DNA of 64,000 nucleotides from the human T2T-CHM13v2.0 reference genome, Homo sapiens. The position numbers were made by a program, and so were the translations under genes. Location of the stretch: the NCBI RefSeq assembly GCF_009914755.1, contig NC_060931.1; one strand, 5' to 3'. Under the pieces are notes generated by a model. That model did not search any database, had not been told where the DNA came from, and saw nothing but the letters and a program-made list of their open reading frames with translations. Numbering within the stretch: position 1 is the first letter of the stretch; each line of letters begins with the position of its first letter. Shown piece by piece: positions 44,978 through 64,000 of this stretch.

Positions 44978-45561
44978 TAAATTAATACAGTATCAGTCAA
45001 AATTATCATAGTTTTACAAGAAAGTTGACCAAATTATTTTCATTTATCCGAGAGAAAAGTGATGCAGAAGTAGCCCAGAAAAATTCCGAAAAAACAATAA
45101 CAATAATGATGTTCAACCACATACAAACATTTATTATACAGCTCTGATAATTAAAACAGCATGGCAGTAGAACTAGAATAGACAGACGTGTCCACGGAAA
45201 ATAAGAAAACATCTGAAAACAAAATAAATACTCAAATTCATTTATTCAAACATTTATTGAGTGCCTGCTATGTACGGGCACTGTGGATGGTTACTTGATG
45301 GCAAAACCAAAAAGTCAACGTCAGACCAAAGGATGAAGTATTCAATAACTGGCTATCTGTGTGGGGAAAAAGATATTTTTCTCACATTTTACACTCAAAT
45401 ACATCTCAAATACTTAATTATATACAACTCCTAGCACTACTAGAATAAAACAGGTGAATATTTACATATAATTTCATGATGGGAAATATGTGAGTTCGAA
45501 ACAATCATTGTGAAATATGTTAATTTAAATGTTAACAGGGTGTAAACTACTGACTAGCTAA

Positions 45562-45933
<372 letters not shown>

Positions 45934-46242
45934 AAGAAATATCTTTATTAACATTTAAAAAGTTATAAAAATGATGTATACAGTAAAAAGACCTAAATAT
46001 AGATATTAAAGAAGACATACACAGGAAATATCTATCCCATAAGAATATCATTACTCTTCAAACTAATCTATATAGTTAATGCATGACCTCAATCAAAGGA
46101 GGGTTTTTCATGGAGCAGAACTCTAAAATGTATATGGAAAAGCAAAACACAAAGAGTAGCGATGATTTTAAAGAAGAACAAGAAGAGGAGACAAACTACC
46201 AGACACTAAGACACAATAAAGAAATAAAGACCTATTTTAAAA

Positions 46243-46525
46243 GCATGATGGTGGCTCATGCCTGTAATCCCAGCATTTTGGGAGGCCAGTGCGGGCAGAT
46301 CACTTGGGGTCAGGAGTTCGAGACCAGCCTGGTCAACATGGTGAAACCCCATCTCTACTAAAAATACAAAAAAATCAGCCAGACGTGGTGCACACTTCTG
46401 TAATCCAAGCTACTCAGGAGGCTGAGGCCTAAGAATCGCTTGAACCTGGGAGGTGGAGGTTGCAGTGAGATGAGATTGTGCCACTGCACTCCAGCCTATG
46501 TGACAGCGTGAGAATTCATCTCAGA

Positions 46526-46551
<26 letters not shown>
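46243..46551 (+). mobile_element. AluS
   Basis: Alu body with long A tail. Confidence 0.88.
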
Positions 46552-46556
<5 letters not shown>

Positions 46557-47155
46557 AAAATGGGGCAAGAAAAAAGAAATACACCAGTGGAACTAAATAG
46601 CCGCCCCCCCCCCCGCCCCTACAAAAAGACATAGATCTACATAGACAGAAGTTTGTAGGACAGAATGGCACTGTGCATTGGTGGAGAAGGGTTGCAAAGG
46701 CAATTAAATGGTGCTAAGACAACAGGTCATCCATGAGAAAAACAAAATTAGGCAACTATACCTCATGCTATACACAAAACTATTTTAGAGGGACAGCAGG
46801 TGAAATTGTGAAAAGCAAAACTTTAAAACTTTTAATCGTAAACAGAGGATATTTTATATGACCTCAGCCTAAGGGAGAATTTCTAAAATAATATACCCAG
46901 AAACAATGCCCAAAGGAAGGATGACATTAAAAGAAAACTCTTATTCAACAAATGGCATTATTTAAAAAGTTAACAATCAAGCCCCGAACCAGAAGATATT
47001 TTTACTCATATAGACCACAAAGAATTGATATGCAGAATATATAAAGACTGCCTACAAATCACTAAAAGAAATCAACAGAAAAATCACATGATTAGAAAAT
47101 GTCCTTCACAGAAGAAACCCAAATAGCTAAATAAACACATAAATTCTCAATCTTC

Positions 47156-47245
47156 CTAGTTATCAACCAAATTCTAATAAAACTACAATGAGATATTACT
47201 CACTAGTTATCAACCAAACTCTAATAAAACTATAATGAGATACTA
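47156..47245. repeat. 47-bp tandem duplication inside L1M
   Basis: ctagttatcaaccaaa(t/c)tctaataaaacta(c/t)aatgagata starting at 47156 and 47203. Confidence 0.9.
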
Positions 47246-47665
47246 TTTCACACCCATCAAATTGGTAGAATTAGGACTTGACAATACCAAGTGTTTATGA
47301 GGACACGGGGTGAGATACAACCACTCCAGAGAGCAATTTCATTCTAGTTATTAAGTTTGAAATTGTGCATACCCTAAGACCTGGTAATTTTTTGGTTGTA
47401 TACCCCAGATGAACTCTGGTGTGTGCACTAAGGAGAAATATAAATGAATTCATATAGCAACATTTTTTAATAGTGAAAAATTGTAAAAACTTAAAAGTCT
47501 CTCAATAGGAAAATATATTTTAAAATTGTGACATATTTTGAAGAACTGAATACCATAAAACAATTAAAATAAATGAACTAGAGCTACAGATATTAATATA
47601 AGTAAACTCCAAAAACATAATATACAGCAAAAAGGGCAGGCTCAGACAATGTACACAATATAGAC

Positions 47666-48388
<723 letters not shown>

Positions 48389-50586
48389 GATACAATGTAT
48401 ATCGTGTTTTAAAACATGTACCATAATACAATTTATGTTGTGAAACAGTATTATTTATGTTTGGGAATGCGTGTGTATTTTGTAAAACTGTAAAAGCATG
48501 CACCAGAATGACGAACACCAAATTCAAGAGAGAAGTTACTTCTGGAAGGTAGAAAGGAGGACAGGCTTGTGGAAGCACACACATAATGTTTTAATAACTA
48601 CATTACATTTTCATTCTTATACTGGATACTGTATACATATATACTGGTTAGAGTATTCCTTATGCTTTCTTTGTATATCCGAAATTCCATGACTTTTTAA
48701 AGTAACCTAAAAGGAACAGCTTGCCACTGTATCAACCATTCTTCACTTTTTTTCTGCTGCAATAAACAAATGGATGACATTCATGTGGCCAACAGAGAAT
48801 AATGGGTGTTCCCACATTTTGAAACAAGAACAAATTTCCTGTTGGAAATAAAAAAAAAAATAGGGCTACAGAGCTCTTTTTGCTTTTTTTTTTAAAGTGG
48901 CAATCTTGAGAAGTATTTACAAGTTTGTAATTCTATACCATGCACTAGCAATGATCACTTTAAACAGGCTACTACACAGATAATATAAAACTATGCATAA
49001 TTTCTACAGTAATTCCACTTCCCTTTCTTCTGCTCAAGAAATTACTGGATTTCAAGTGACCGAAATTATAGTGATAACTTTGACTTTGTCAAGTTTCACA
49101 CATCGTGGGGCCATGATTTGAGCCAGGGCAGTCTGACTCTGAATTTGAACAGTGTTTAATTGCCAGGAACAAACCACAGGGAAAACTTCTAAACAGAAGA
49201 ATACAGAGCAAAAGGAAATGCCTAGGATTGTTCTTTCTAAATTCTCAACATTTCCCAATACAAAAAGTATTATGGTATAATTACAGTTCTATAAAACAAT
49301 GTGCTCTATGTATAATAAAAATACCAGCAAAATAAAGAGATTACCTGAAAATTGTAAATCGAAGGACACATTCACATAACTGAGATACAACTGGATTTTT
49401 CCCTAAATTTGTTAGATAATTCCACAATTGCCAATTTCGCTCTGTTTGTTGAGATCTGATCTTGGTTTCAAATTTTAAAATTTCACTGTATAATAAAATG
49501 AGTTCCATGTCCCTAGGGTTGGGCCACGGAAACAATGTTCTTCTCTGTTCCCACCCAATGTGAGCTATGTATGACAGCAACACATCACATAAAAGGATCT
49601 AGAAGCTCAAAATAAAAGGGGAAAAAAAAGTATGTGGGAGGGGAGCAGGATGAAAAGATTAAAATATTTTCTAACTCACTAATTTGAAGCAAACAGGTTT
49701 TGTACATATCCAAGGCACTGAGCACAAACAATCCAATTTCAACTGATGTTAATTATTCAGGACTACTACTAAGAAACTAAATTTTAAGTTCTATATTTGT
49801 TTAATATAAAAAATTTATAATACAGTTACAAAGGAGGAGAAAAACAAAACAAATATATCAACATGGTCAGACATTGACAATAAAAGATTGTTGACTGGGA
49901 ATGAAATATGTAACACTCTGTCAACAAAGCTTTTCATACCTTAAAGGAATTTTATACGTAATCCCTTCCTCTTAACCCATTATGTGTTTCGAGTTCCTCT
50001 TTCTCCTGACACTGTCAAAAAATCTTTTTCTTTAACGTTTTCCCAGTAATCCAGTTATTCCTAAATTTTCAGCGACATTTTAGAAAGAAATCCAAACCTC
50101 AGCTCAGGTTAACATCTATACAGGCACTCCCTCTTGTGGTACAAAGGGAAACTGCCTGTTTACTCCAGCGCTCAAGCCCAAGAAGTCCTTTGAGTTTTAG
50201 CGCACTGAAGCAGGTTCTTTATTGTCTTCATTTTATAGACCAGGAAACAGCACAACTGAGGTCCAGCAACTTACTTCCTCGAGGCATAACAACCAGAGAA
50301 CTGAGATTCAGCTCAGATGTCTGATATCCCTATCCCAAGGCCATGCACTTTGCACCATACCTCATGATCTACAACATCTATTCACCCTGTTCTTTTTGTT
50401 ACCAAATTTCCAAGAATACCTGTAAAGCAGGTAGTGTAGTGACCACATATTACTGAAAGATGCATTTAATGCAATAAGAAGAATCTAATTTTAAACTTCT
50501 ACTGTTTTGATGTAGTTTCAAAGCAGCTGCTTAGCTTGTATTTTCAGTTTAATATATTCGTGATCATTAACAAAACAGCGAAGTGA

Positions 50587-50973
<387 letters not shown>

Positions 50974-51082
50974 TAAACAGAATTTTATTTTGTGTGTTAT
51001 GGACCCACTTGTAACCAAAAGCGCTTCTTTGAAGGACAAGACAAATAATTAGAATTTCCAAAATAATAAACTGTCATCCTTA

Positions 51083-51457
<375 letters not shown>

Positions 51458-52964
51458 TCATAAAATTTCAAAACCTGCTGATTCCCAAACACCTATTTTA
51501 TTTATCTTCATCATGAATTTATATGATGAAAAGTACCTCCTTTACAGGTTTTAAAAGTTAAATGAGCTATACAAGTCAAGGACTGGTTAGTCTTTTATAA
51601 AGTTCACCTTTTTCATCTTCCTTTTACCAGAGAAATATAAAGATGTACTCCCATAAATGGTAAAAATACAGAGGGAAGAAGGCAAGACAGCAAGTAGAAA
51701 AAATAATTATCAAAAGCACTACTGAATTCTTCAATGTGACAGGTTTTCACCTGCAAGAATTTTTCCACTCTGGAAATGCCCCGAAGTGTCCCACAGTGAT
51801 TCCACCTGTACAAGTGAGACTACAGCCCATGATGCTGCCCAACCACAGTTGGCCAAGACCTCCCTAGCTGCCCCTTTCTGCCTGATGTGCCACGTGTGTC
51901 CCCCCCCAGAGCTGGGCCATGGAGCAAAGAGGATCAGCTTTAAAGCCCAATCAAACGTAGGCTGCATTCCCCTGATCAAACCTCCAAAGTGAATTCCTGG
52001 TTTCCTAACTCAATAAGCAAAACAAACAGATGCAACCTCCAAGTATTTTGTATTCCTCACCTCAGTGAATTCCCCACCACTTGCTGAGAAGGCCACGGCA
52101 GAAGCTGAACTAATCCTTGACTCCTTTTTCTCCAATATTCTCCCTATCCTGCCAGTCAAAAGGGCATATAACTCCCAGTCACTGAATCTCTTGACTCAAC
52201 CTCTCTTCTTTAATCCCAATGCCACAGCTTTAGATAAAGTCCTTCCAACATCTTGCAACCTGGATAACAGCCAAGTCCTATTCATCCCTCTCAACCTGGC
52301 TCTTCCATGCCCTCCTGCAAGGCCTTCCCCAGCCCTTCTCTGTGGATGCCCCTCCTCCGTTTTGAAGCAGACTGGATACCAGCCCCACCCCGCCGCCATG
52401 CTTCTTTTATCCTTGCAGGTGGGTGTGTCTTTATCTTCAGGGTGCCTGAAACATATGAGTGTTCCACAAATTTTTGTTGAATAAGGGATTTCCTTTTGAG
52501 GGAAGGAAAAAGTGAAAAAGCACAATTTGGTTAACTAAGCTGGTACTTTATTTGGAAAAATGGCTTAATGAATTTCAGTTTAAGATCCGGTTTTTTCCAA
52601 AATAAATTTTTTCTGTTTGCATAAACTTGGGCAGAATCATGGGCAGGATGTTCTAGGGTCATTGTATTTTCATTAAAATTAGGTAAATGTCTAACTGAAA
52701 AATGCCCACTTTTACCCAAGTAAGTAAAATTCAATCTTCTATTTTATATATGGGGGGATTCAGGGGCAAAGGTGTGAGGTCACTAACCCCAGAGATAACT
52801 GATTCCTGTCTGGTGCAGAAAATGGAAGTGCTCCAAGAGGGCATCTCTCTGCTTCACTTCCCCAACCACTGCAAGGATCTTATGCTCAGATTACCTGATG
52901 TCTCTACATATATGGGAGTTGGGGTCAGGTGGGTGGACACCCAGGCCTAGAAGCAAAGGTATTA

Positions 52965-53619
<655 letters not shown>

Positions 53620-53993
53620 TTAAAAATTGAAGGATAACCCACCACCATAAATTTGAACTACTTTACACAAATTGAATATTAATCCAAAAAACATGTTTTC
53701 CAGTGGGGAGGGGGGGTGTTAATAACTATTTAACATAAAACCAATCATTTGACAAATGATATGCAAGGGAAATACAGCTATTCCTGGTCACTAAATTCTG
53801 GGAAAAACAAGTAACTCTTTTTACGATTTAATTTAAATTATTTTACAATGTAACTAATTTACAAATAACTAACTTACAATTAGAATCCAAAAAGCATTTG
53901 GCATAGAACATGAATTCAGTGAACCTCACCAAAGTATTCCAAAGCAGTATGTTACAATGAAGTCAGTACTATAGTTCAATTCCTTGAATGGAA

Positions 53994-54284
53994 ATTTTTT
54001 TTTTTTTTTTTTTTTGGAGTCTTGCTCTGTCACCCAGGCTACAGTGCAGTGGCGTGATCTTGGCTCACTGCAAGCTCTGCCTCCCGGGTTCACGCCATTC
54101 TCTCCTGCCTCTACAGGCGCCCACCACCGTGCCCGCCACCACGCCCATCTAACGTTTTGTACTTTTAGTAGAGATGGGGTTTCACCGTGTTAGCCAAGAT
54201 GGTCTCGATCTCCTGACCTCGTGCTCTGCCTGCCTTGGCCTCCCAAAGTGCTGGGATTACAGGAGTGAGCCACCATGCCTGACC
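53994..54284 (-). mobile_element. AluY with internal deletion/duplication
   Basis: caagctctgcctcccgggttcacgccattc and caccgtgttagccaagatgg; TSD-like tgaatgg. Confidence 0.88.
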
Positions 54285-54329
54285 TGAATGGTCATCTTAA
54301 AGAGAATTTGAAATTTTGAGTGGCCACCC

Positions 54330-56365
<2,036 letters not shown>

Positions 56366-58209
56366 GAGTGGCTGCTTAGTTTAGTGGTCAGCCAGTGGAT
56401 TTGGGCAGAGATTAAGCCCAGCCACCTTGCACCAGTAAGGCTTCCAACATCTGCAGATGGAACAGTCTGCATGGAAGGTAGCATTCAAAGTTGTACCCAG
56501 ATCTCAAGTCTCTTCTGGCTTTCACTTTTTGCTGGGCTCTACTGAGTATCCCCTGGGCATGCAAAGTTTAGCTGTCTGCTACAGATGGTTGGGGAGCCAT
56601 GTTAGCCCTCTATAGGTCTCTCATTTCTAGGATCTCCTTGTTAAATTTCTGGATGGTGGCCTCAAACTAGCAAACTTCAAACTCAAAGTAGCAAAGCTGT
56701 GAGTTTTTCATTATTAACTGATTATGCCACTTTTAGCTAGCAAAGCTGTGATTTCTTAACCCCAACCTTTACCCACACTTCAAATTGAGTCTATCATGTC
56801 TGATAAAACAGCAGTTCGACAACTGAGATAGCGGGCAAGGAGAGAGAAGAAACCCCATGCGAGAAGGCCACAACCCCTATCCTTCATACCCAAAGATTCA
56901 GTGTATCAATAACGCTTCTCAATCTATTATCTGCCTTTTGTTTCCAGTGCCCAGAAACGACCATTTTGGACAATCTCATCCAGTTTTACGCTTGTTTTAT
57001 TCAGAAAGAGAATCACCTATCCTCTTCACATCACCATTAAGGGAAATGATCTTGGCTACTCATTTTTAATTCCTCAGTTTTCCACAGCATAAAGTATGAC
57101 GATAATACAAAAATGAAGTATGACTATAATTCAACTCCAAGTATCAAATATAGAAATGCTCTCAAAGTTTGATAGAAAATTTATCATCAGAACGTGAATA
57201 TTTTATATTAAGAGAGTGGCTCTTCCACATAGTACCAGCAAGCTAACATTATATTAAAGTACCAAAATAGCCAGTTCAGTAACTTTGAGACTCCTAGAAG
57301 ATAAACTGGTTGATTGCTTGGACCTCAGCTGTGACTTGGCCACAAAACTCAAAACACAATCGATTCTGTGGTGTCATTAACAAAGTCTGACACAGGCAAA
57401 AAGCAAATTCTTGCAGTTCTATTAGTATGAGTATGTATTACAAATATTCTCAGCCCAGATTTTGTTACATTATACTTTTTCCAGTTATTTCACATGCTAC
57501 CACAAAATCCTCAAGTATAATTTAGTTTTAACATTACTTCATATTTATATAATACAATGCTTTATAGTTGACTAAGCCCCTGCACCTACTAGTTCATCTG
57601 ATCCTCATAAAAACCTCCTGTGGCAGGTAAAGCAAATATTACCCTCATTTTATACCTGCTGGAACTGAACACAGAGGGATTAAGTGTTCCACATAGCTAG
57701 GAAATCAGATCTAAAATCCACTTATTCTGGCAATATTTCATTTTGTGTGACCTTGGGTATTGTGTCTCTGCCTCAATTTCTTCAAATGTTTCAATAACTT
57801 CCTCAAAAGTAAGGAAAAGAAATTACACCCCAAACATCAGCTTTTTCAACATTTTCAGTTGACGAGAACTAGTCTTAACATTTGTTACCTTAACATTTTT
57901 AATTCCCGGAATGTGAATGCAGACACTGAGCAAGAAGCAGCCAAATTTCATAACAATTGCAAAAGCCACCTTTAACATACAATGCCAATCTCTACATTCT
58001 CTCTCTTTCTCTGTCTCTCCCCCGATCCCTCCCACCCCTCTGCCTCTTCCACAACACAATTCTATGAAATCATCTTAGGAGGGAAGCACTACACCTCCAC
58101 CCCTAACACACACAGGTGGTGGTCTTAAATGTCATAAATCTAGTAGGCCATTTCAGAAAAATAACTTGAAATCTCTCTAACACATGCATTGGGAGAAACA
58201 TGTAATTTC

Positions 58210-60420
<2,211 letters not shown>

Positions 60421-60542
60421 TCAAATTCTTAAAACAATACAAATGTATATGAATTGATCCATAGGAGGACCAGAAAGTTCAAGAACTACAGAATGCTAGG
60501 TACTGGATAACTAAGAATGTTGATTGTATGTGATGATATAGA

Positions 60543-60846
60543 TCAGTTCCATCCAAAAGAAGTATAATGCAAGCTACAACTAATTTTAAATTTTCCAGCA
60601 GTCACATAAAAAAGTAAACAAAAACAAGTGATATTAATTTTAATAACATGTTTTAATTCAATATATCCAAAATATTATCACTTCAAAATGTGAGTCATAT
60701 AAAACCTAGTATTTTAGTCTTTTTAAATTTTTTTTTGAATTATGGTATTTTCTGCAGAGCACATTTCCGTTAGTACTACTCATATTTCAAACATCTAATA
60801 GCTACATGTGGCATGTGGCCAGTTGCTACCATATTGGACAACACAG
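60543..60846. mobile_element. MER33-like hAT-Charlie element
   Basis: tccaaaagaagtataatgcaagc...taattttaaattttccagcagtcacat...caatatatccaaaatattatca...gttgctaccatattggacaacacag. Confidence 0.75.
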
Positions 60847-61382
60847 ATTTGGACCAAAATTAAATAATCCCACTGCAGTGGCGAATATCTTGTAGATTTA
60901 TTCACTGTTTTTAGTTTAAGATTCCCAAACAAGGCCCTGGTACAACTTCATGGTTTACTAGTTTTGTCAAAACAGTTTCAAAGGATATAGTACGAGGAAT
61001 AATAGCTCTTGTTCTGAGAAACCATTTGTTTTCAATGTAACTGACTCAACACTTAAAACACTTTAAACTTCATTCAGGTGTTTTGATTAGAAAGAATGAA
61101 AGCCATTCTTCCCTAGTCTGTTTGAGAAAGTTAAATCCAGACAGATTCTGTGATCTTATCTATATTAGTATTGGAAAAATCATTATTTTCAAATAGAAAG
61201 AACTATTAAAATTTTATTTCCACTAAACCAGTATTTATTTCAAATTAACCAAAATGCATCCTGCATTAAAAGATAATTTTTACATACAGTTGCATTTTAA
61301 AAATGTATTAACAGTTGTTTTACCAATATTTTTTACATTTTATAATGTAAAAATGAAATAAAGCACTAAGGAGAATGCTTTT

Positions 61383-61694
<312 letters not shown>

Positions 61695-61948
61695 TAAATT
61701 TTTAATATATGTATTTAAGTCCTATGTTTCTTGAATGCTAAAGTGTTATGTATGGAGAAAGTGTTCATTAACTCTTTTCTATCATCGGGGATTAATTTAT
61801 TCCAGAATCCCATTATTTACAAATATTCACAAAATATCATAATAATTGCATTATTCAACAACAAAATTTAAAGAACCCAATTAAAGTTTATACTATTTTA
61901 AAACTTTAAACTTTTTTTAAAAGCAGTAAAACAGAAGAATCTACTTAC

Positions 61949-62079
61949 TCAGCTGTTACAGGGTGTTATCAATTATCTCTGGTAAATTGGCAGGTCTGAG
62001 CTCAGATCAGCAAGGCAGAGAAACTCCAGATGGCAAATTATCCCAACTCTTCTAACTCGTAAAAGCATTAATAAAATGC
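61949..62079 (-). other. Putative 131-nt internal exon (probably 5'UTR/non-coding) of an unidentified minus-strand host gene
   Basis: Minus strand: gtttctttcttacacag|GCATTTTATTAATG...GTAACAGCTGA|gtaagtag; both splice sites near consensus; unique sequence between Alus. Confidence 0.6.
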
Positions 62080-62333
62080 CTGTGTAAGAAAGAAACCTGA
62101 AGTTACAACCAAGACAGAACTTTCTCGAGTGGACTGTCTTGATAGGGAATAAACCTCTGTTTCCTCTTTTCTTTCCTTGAGGGCTTAGAACAAGTTAATT
62201 CATGGCTTTGGAGTAGCAGGTGGCCTGATACAGCAATACTTGGTATTACAACTGCCTTTCTGTTTTAAGAAATCTCTGGGGAGAAGCCTAAATTGGTGCA
62301 ATAAAATATCCACCCAGTACTAGAACTTGCTCC

Positions 62334-62932
62334 CTTTTTTTTTTCTTTTTGAGACGGAGTCTCGCACTGTCACCCAGGCTGAAGTGCAATAGGATAGTCT
62401 CAGCTCACTGCAACCTTCGCCTCCCACGTTGAAGTGATTCTCCTGCCTCAGTCTCCCAAGTAGCTGGGATTACAGGCTCCCACCACTGCGCCAGGCTAAT
62501 TTTTGTATTTTTAGTAGAGACGGGGTTTCGCCATGTTGGCCAGGCTGGTCTTAAACTCCTGACCTCAGGTGATCCACCCACCTCGGCTTCCCAAAGTGCT
62601 GGGATTACAGGCGTGAGCCACCGCACCTGGCCCTTATTTATTATTTTTGAGACAGGGTCTGGCTCTGTCACCCAGGCTGGAGTGCAGTGACGAGATCTCA
62701 GCTCACTGCAGCCTTTGCCTCCCAGGCTCAAGTGATCCTTCCACCTGAGCCCATTAAGTAGCTGGGACTACAGGTGCACGCCACCACACCTGGCTAATTT
62801 TTTTGTATTTTTGGTAGAGACAGGGTTTCACCATGTTGCCCAGGCTGGTCTCAGATTCCTGAGCTCAAGCAATCTGCCAGCCTCAGCCTCCCAAAGTGCT
62901 GGGATTATAGGCATGAGCCACCGCACCTGGCC
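62334..62932 (-). mobile_element. Two tandem Alus (AluS 62334-62632; AluJ-like 62633-62932)
   Basis: Consecutive reverse Alu bodies. Confidence 0.9.
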
Positions 62933-63289
62933 GTACTGAGTTTTCTTAACAGCTTCTGTCTCCTAATATTGATTCATTGGTATTTTCTTCTAGAAAAAAA
63001 AATTTAATAAGGTCTCATTATTTTTAATTTTCACAAGGTTGCCACAATCTTTTTGAAACTTTCATTTTATGTTAAATAATCTGAAATCACTGACACCTTC
63101 AGCTGATTCTTCTGAATTAACATTATTTTTAACAAGAAAATGCTGTCTTTATGGAAGTAAGAAGCCTGGTTAAGTGCAAAGCAAATTCTGCTAAAGAGAG
63201 GATATTCTCACTTCTGTTTCTATACCAAAATTATACATATTTTAGACTAAGTATTTTCATAGGTATTATCTTTTTGCCTAAATTGGCGG

Positions 63290-63902
63290 GATTTTTTCCC
63301 CACTTTTGCCCCTCTGATCCATTCACCAGGACATACTTCATCATGGGTCATATTTTTTTCTCCAATGCAAATCTCACCATGTCACTTCCCAACTAAAACA
63401 GTTTTCAGCGTTTCCCATTGCTCTTAGATATGATATCCCATAAGCTTTAATATGGAGGCTTCCAAAGCCCTGCATGACTTGCTCCCTTCCCACCTCTCAG
63501 GCCACCCTGGCCTTCTCTCAAATCCCCAAAAGCACCAGCTTCTCTCTCACCTGCCCCAGGGCCTTTGCAAGGTCTGTTCCCTTTGCTGGGATGCTCTTCT
63601 TTTCAGCCATGGTTATCTTTCACATCTGAAAGACCTTCGTATGCCCCCCATCTAAGTTACACCATGCTACTCTCCCTCTCTTCCTCTCAAAAGTACTCTG
63701 TACTCTTCCTGCAAAGTGCTCATCCAAATCTGTATTTGTGTGTTTTTAGAAAGCCTATCTCCACCGGACTGTGACAACTTCATGAGGGTGTAGAGCTCAT
63801 GCCTGTTTGATTAGTCCCTTAACCACCACTGTTCCCAGCACCTGAGCTTCGTCCTTGGCACCTTGTGAACCTACAATAAATATTTGTTAAATGAATGAAT
63901 AA
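63290..63902 (+). mobile_element. L2 3' end
   Basis: ...ggactgtgacaacttcatgagggt...cccagcacctgagc...tggcacc...caataaatatttgttaaatgaatgaat. Confidence 0.65.
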
Positions 63903-64000
63903 AAGACTGAGAAGCGGGGGCAGGTGGCAAGGACAATCTAGTTATTTTGGTCCATTGTTATCTATGGTCCTAAATCCAACTACATCATCAGCTTTTCCCT

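Noticed and set aside
44647-45011. Low-complexity KEGR / PSFL repeat ORFs
   Set aside because: Artefacts of the (AAGG)n tract.
49341-49360. Minus-strand attttcag|gtaatc as a recursive splice site
   Set aside because: Short pyrimidine tract and imperfect donor; common by chance in AT-rich introns.
51751-51805. Possible 55-nt minus-strand exon (ttgtacag|...CAG|gtgaaa); similar pair at ~38118-38177
   Set aside because: Weak polypyrimidine tract or donor; indistinguishable from pseudo-exons without RNA data.

Overview
Human genomic DNA: there are about 45 Alu/FLAM copies, one carrying all five AluYa5 diagnostic bases, plus L1PA, THE1 and MER41 elements. I find no supportable protein-coding exon. 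The ORF-track entries are Alu-derived, microsatellite-derived or chance frames, except 15379-15561, which is the C-terminal remnant of L1 ORF2. The window most likely lies in a long intron of a minus-strand gene that I cannot name. The evidence is one well-bounded 131-nt minus-strand exon at 61949-62079, containing a 31-codon upstream-type ORF, and a majority of L1/LTR insertions oriented on the + strand. Unique-sequence islands look like regulatory elements. The clearest is at ~17.0-17.8 kb (CTCF/YY1-like, GABP/ETS, DR1 and GRHL-like motifs), followed by a plausible spliced + strand (antisense) transcript with exons 18295-18384 and 19189-~19450. The most unusual features seen directly in the sequence are repair or replication scars: a 62-bp copy of DNA from ~1 kb downstream pasted into an Alu (19902-19963), and an A-B-C/A-C complex duplication at 13389-13690. 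No CRISPR, rRNA, tRNA or prokaryotic-type system is visible. Repeat subfamily names come from recalled consensus sequences and boundaries are approximate; RepeatMasker would confirm them.
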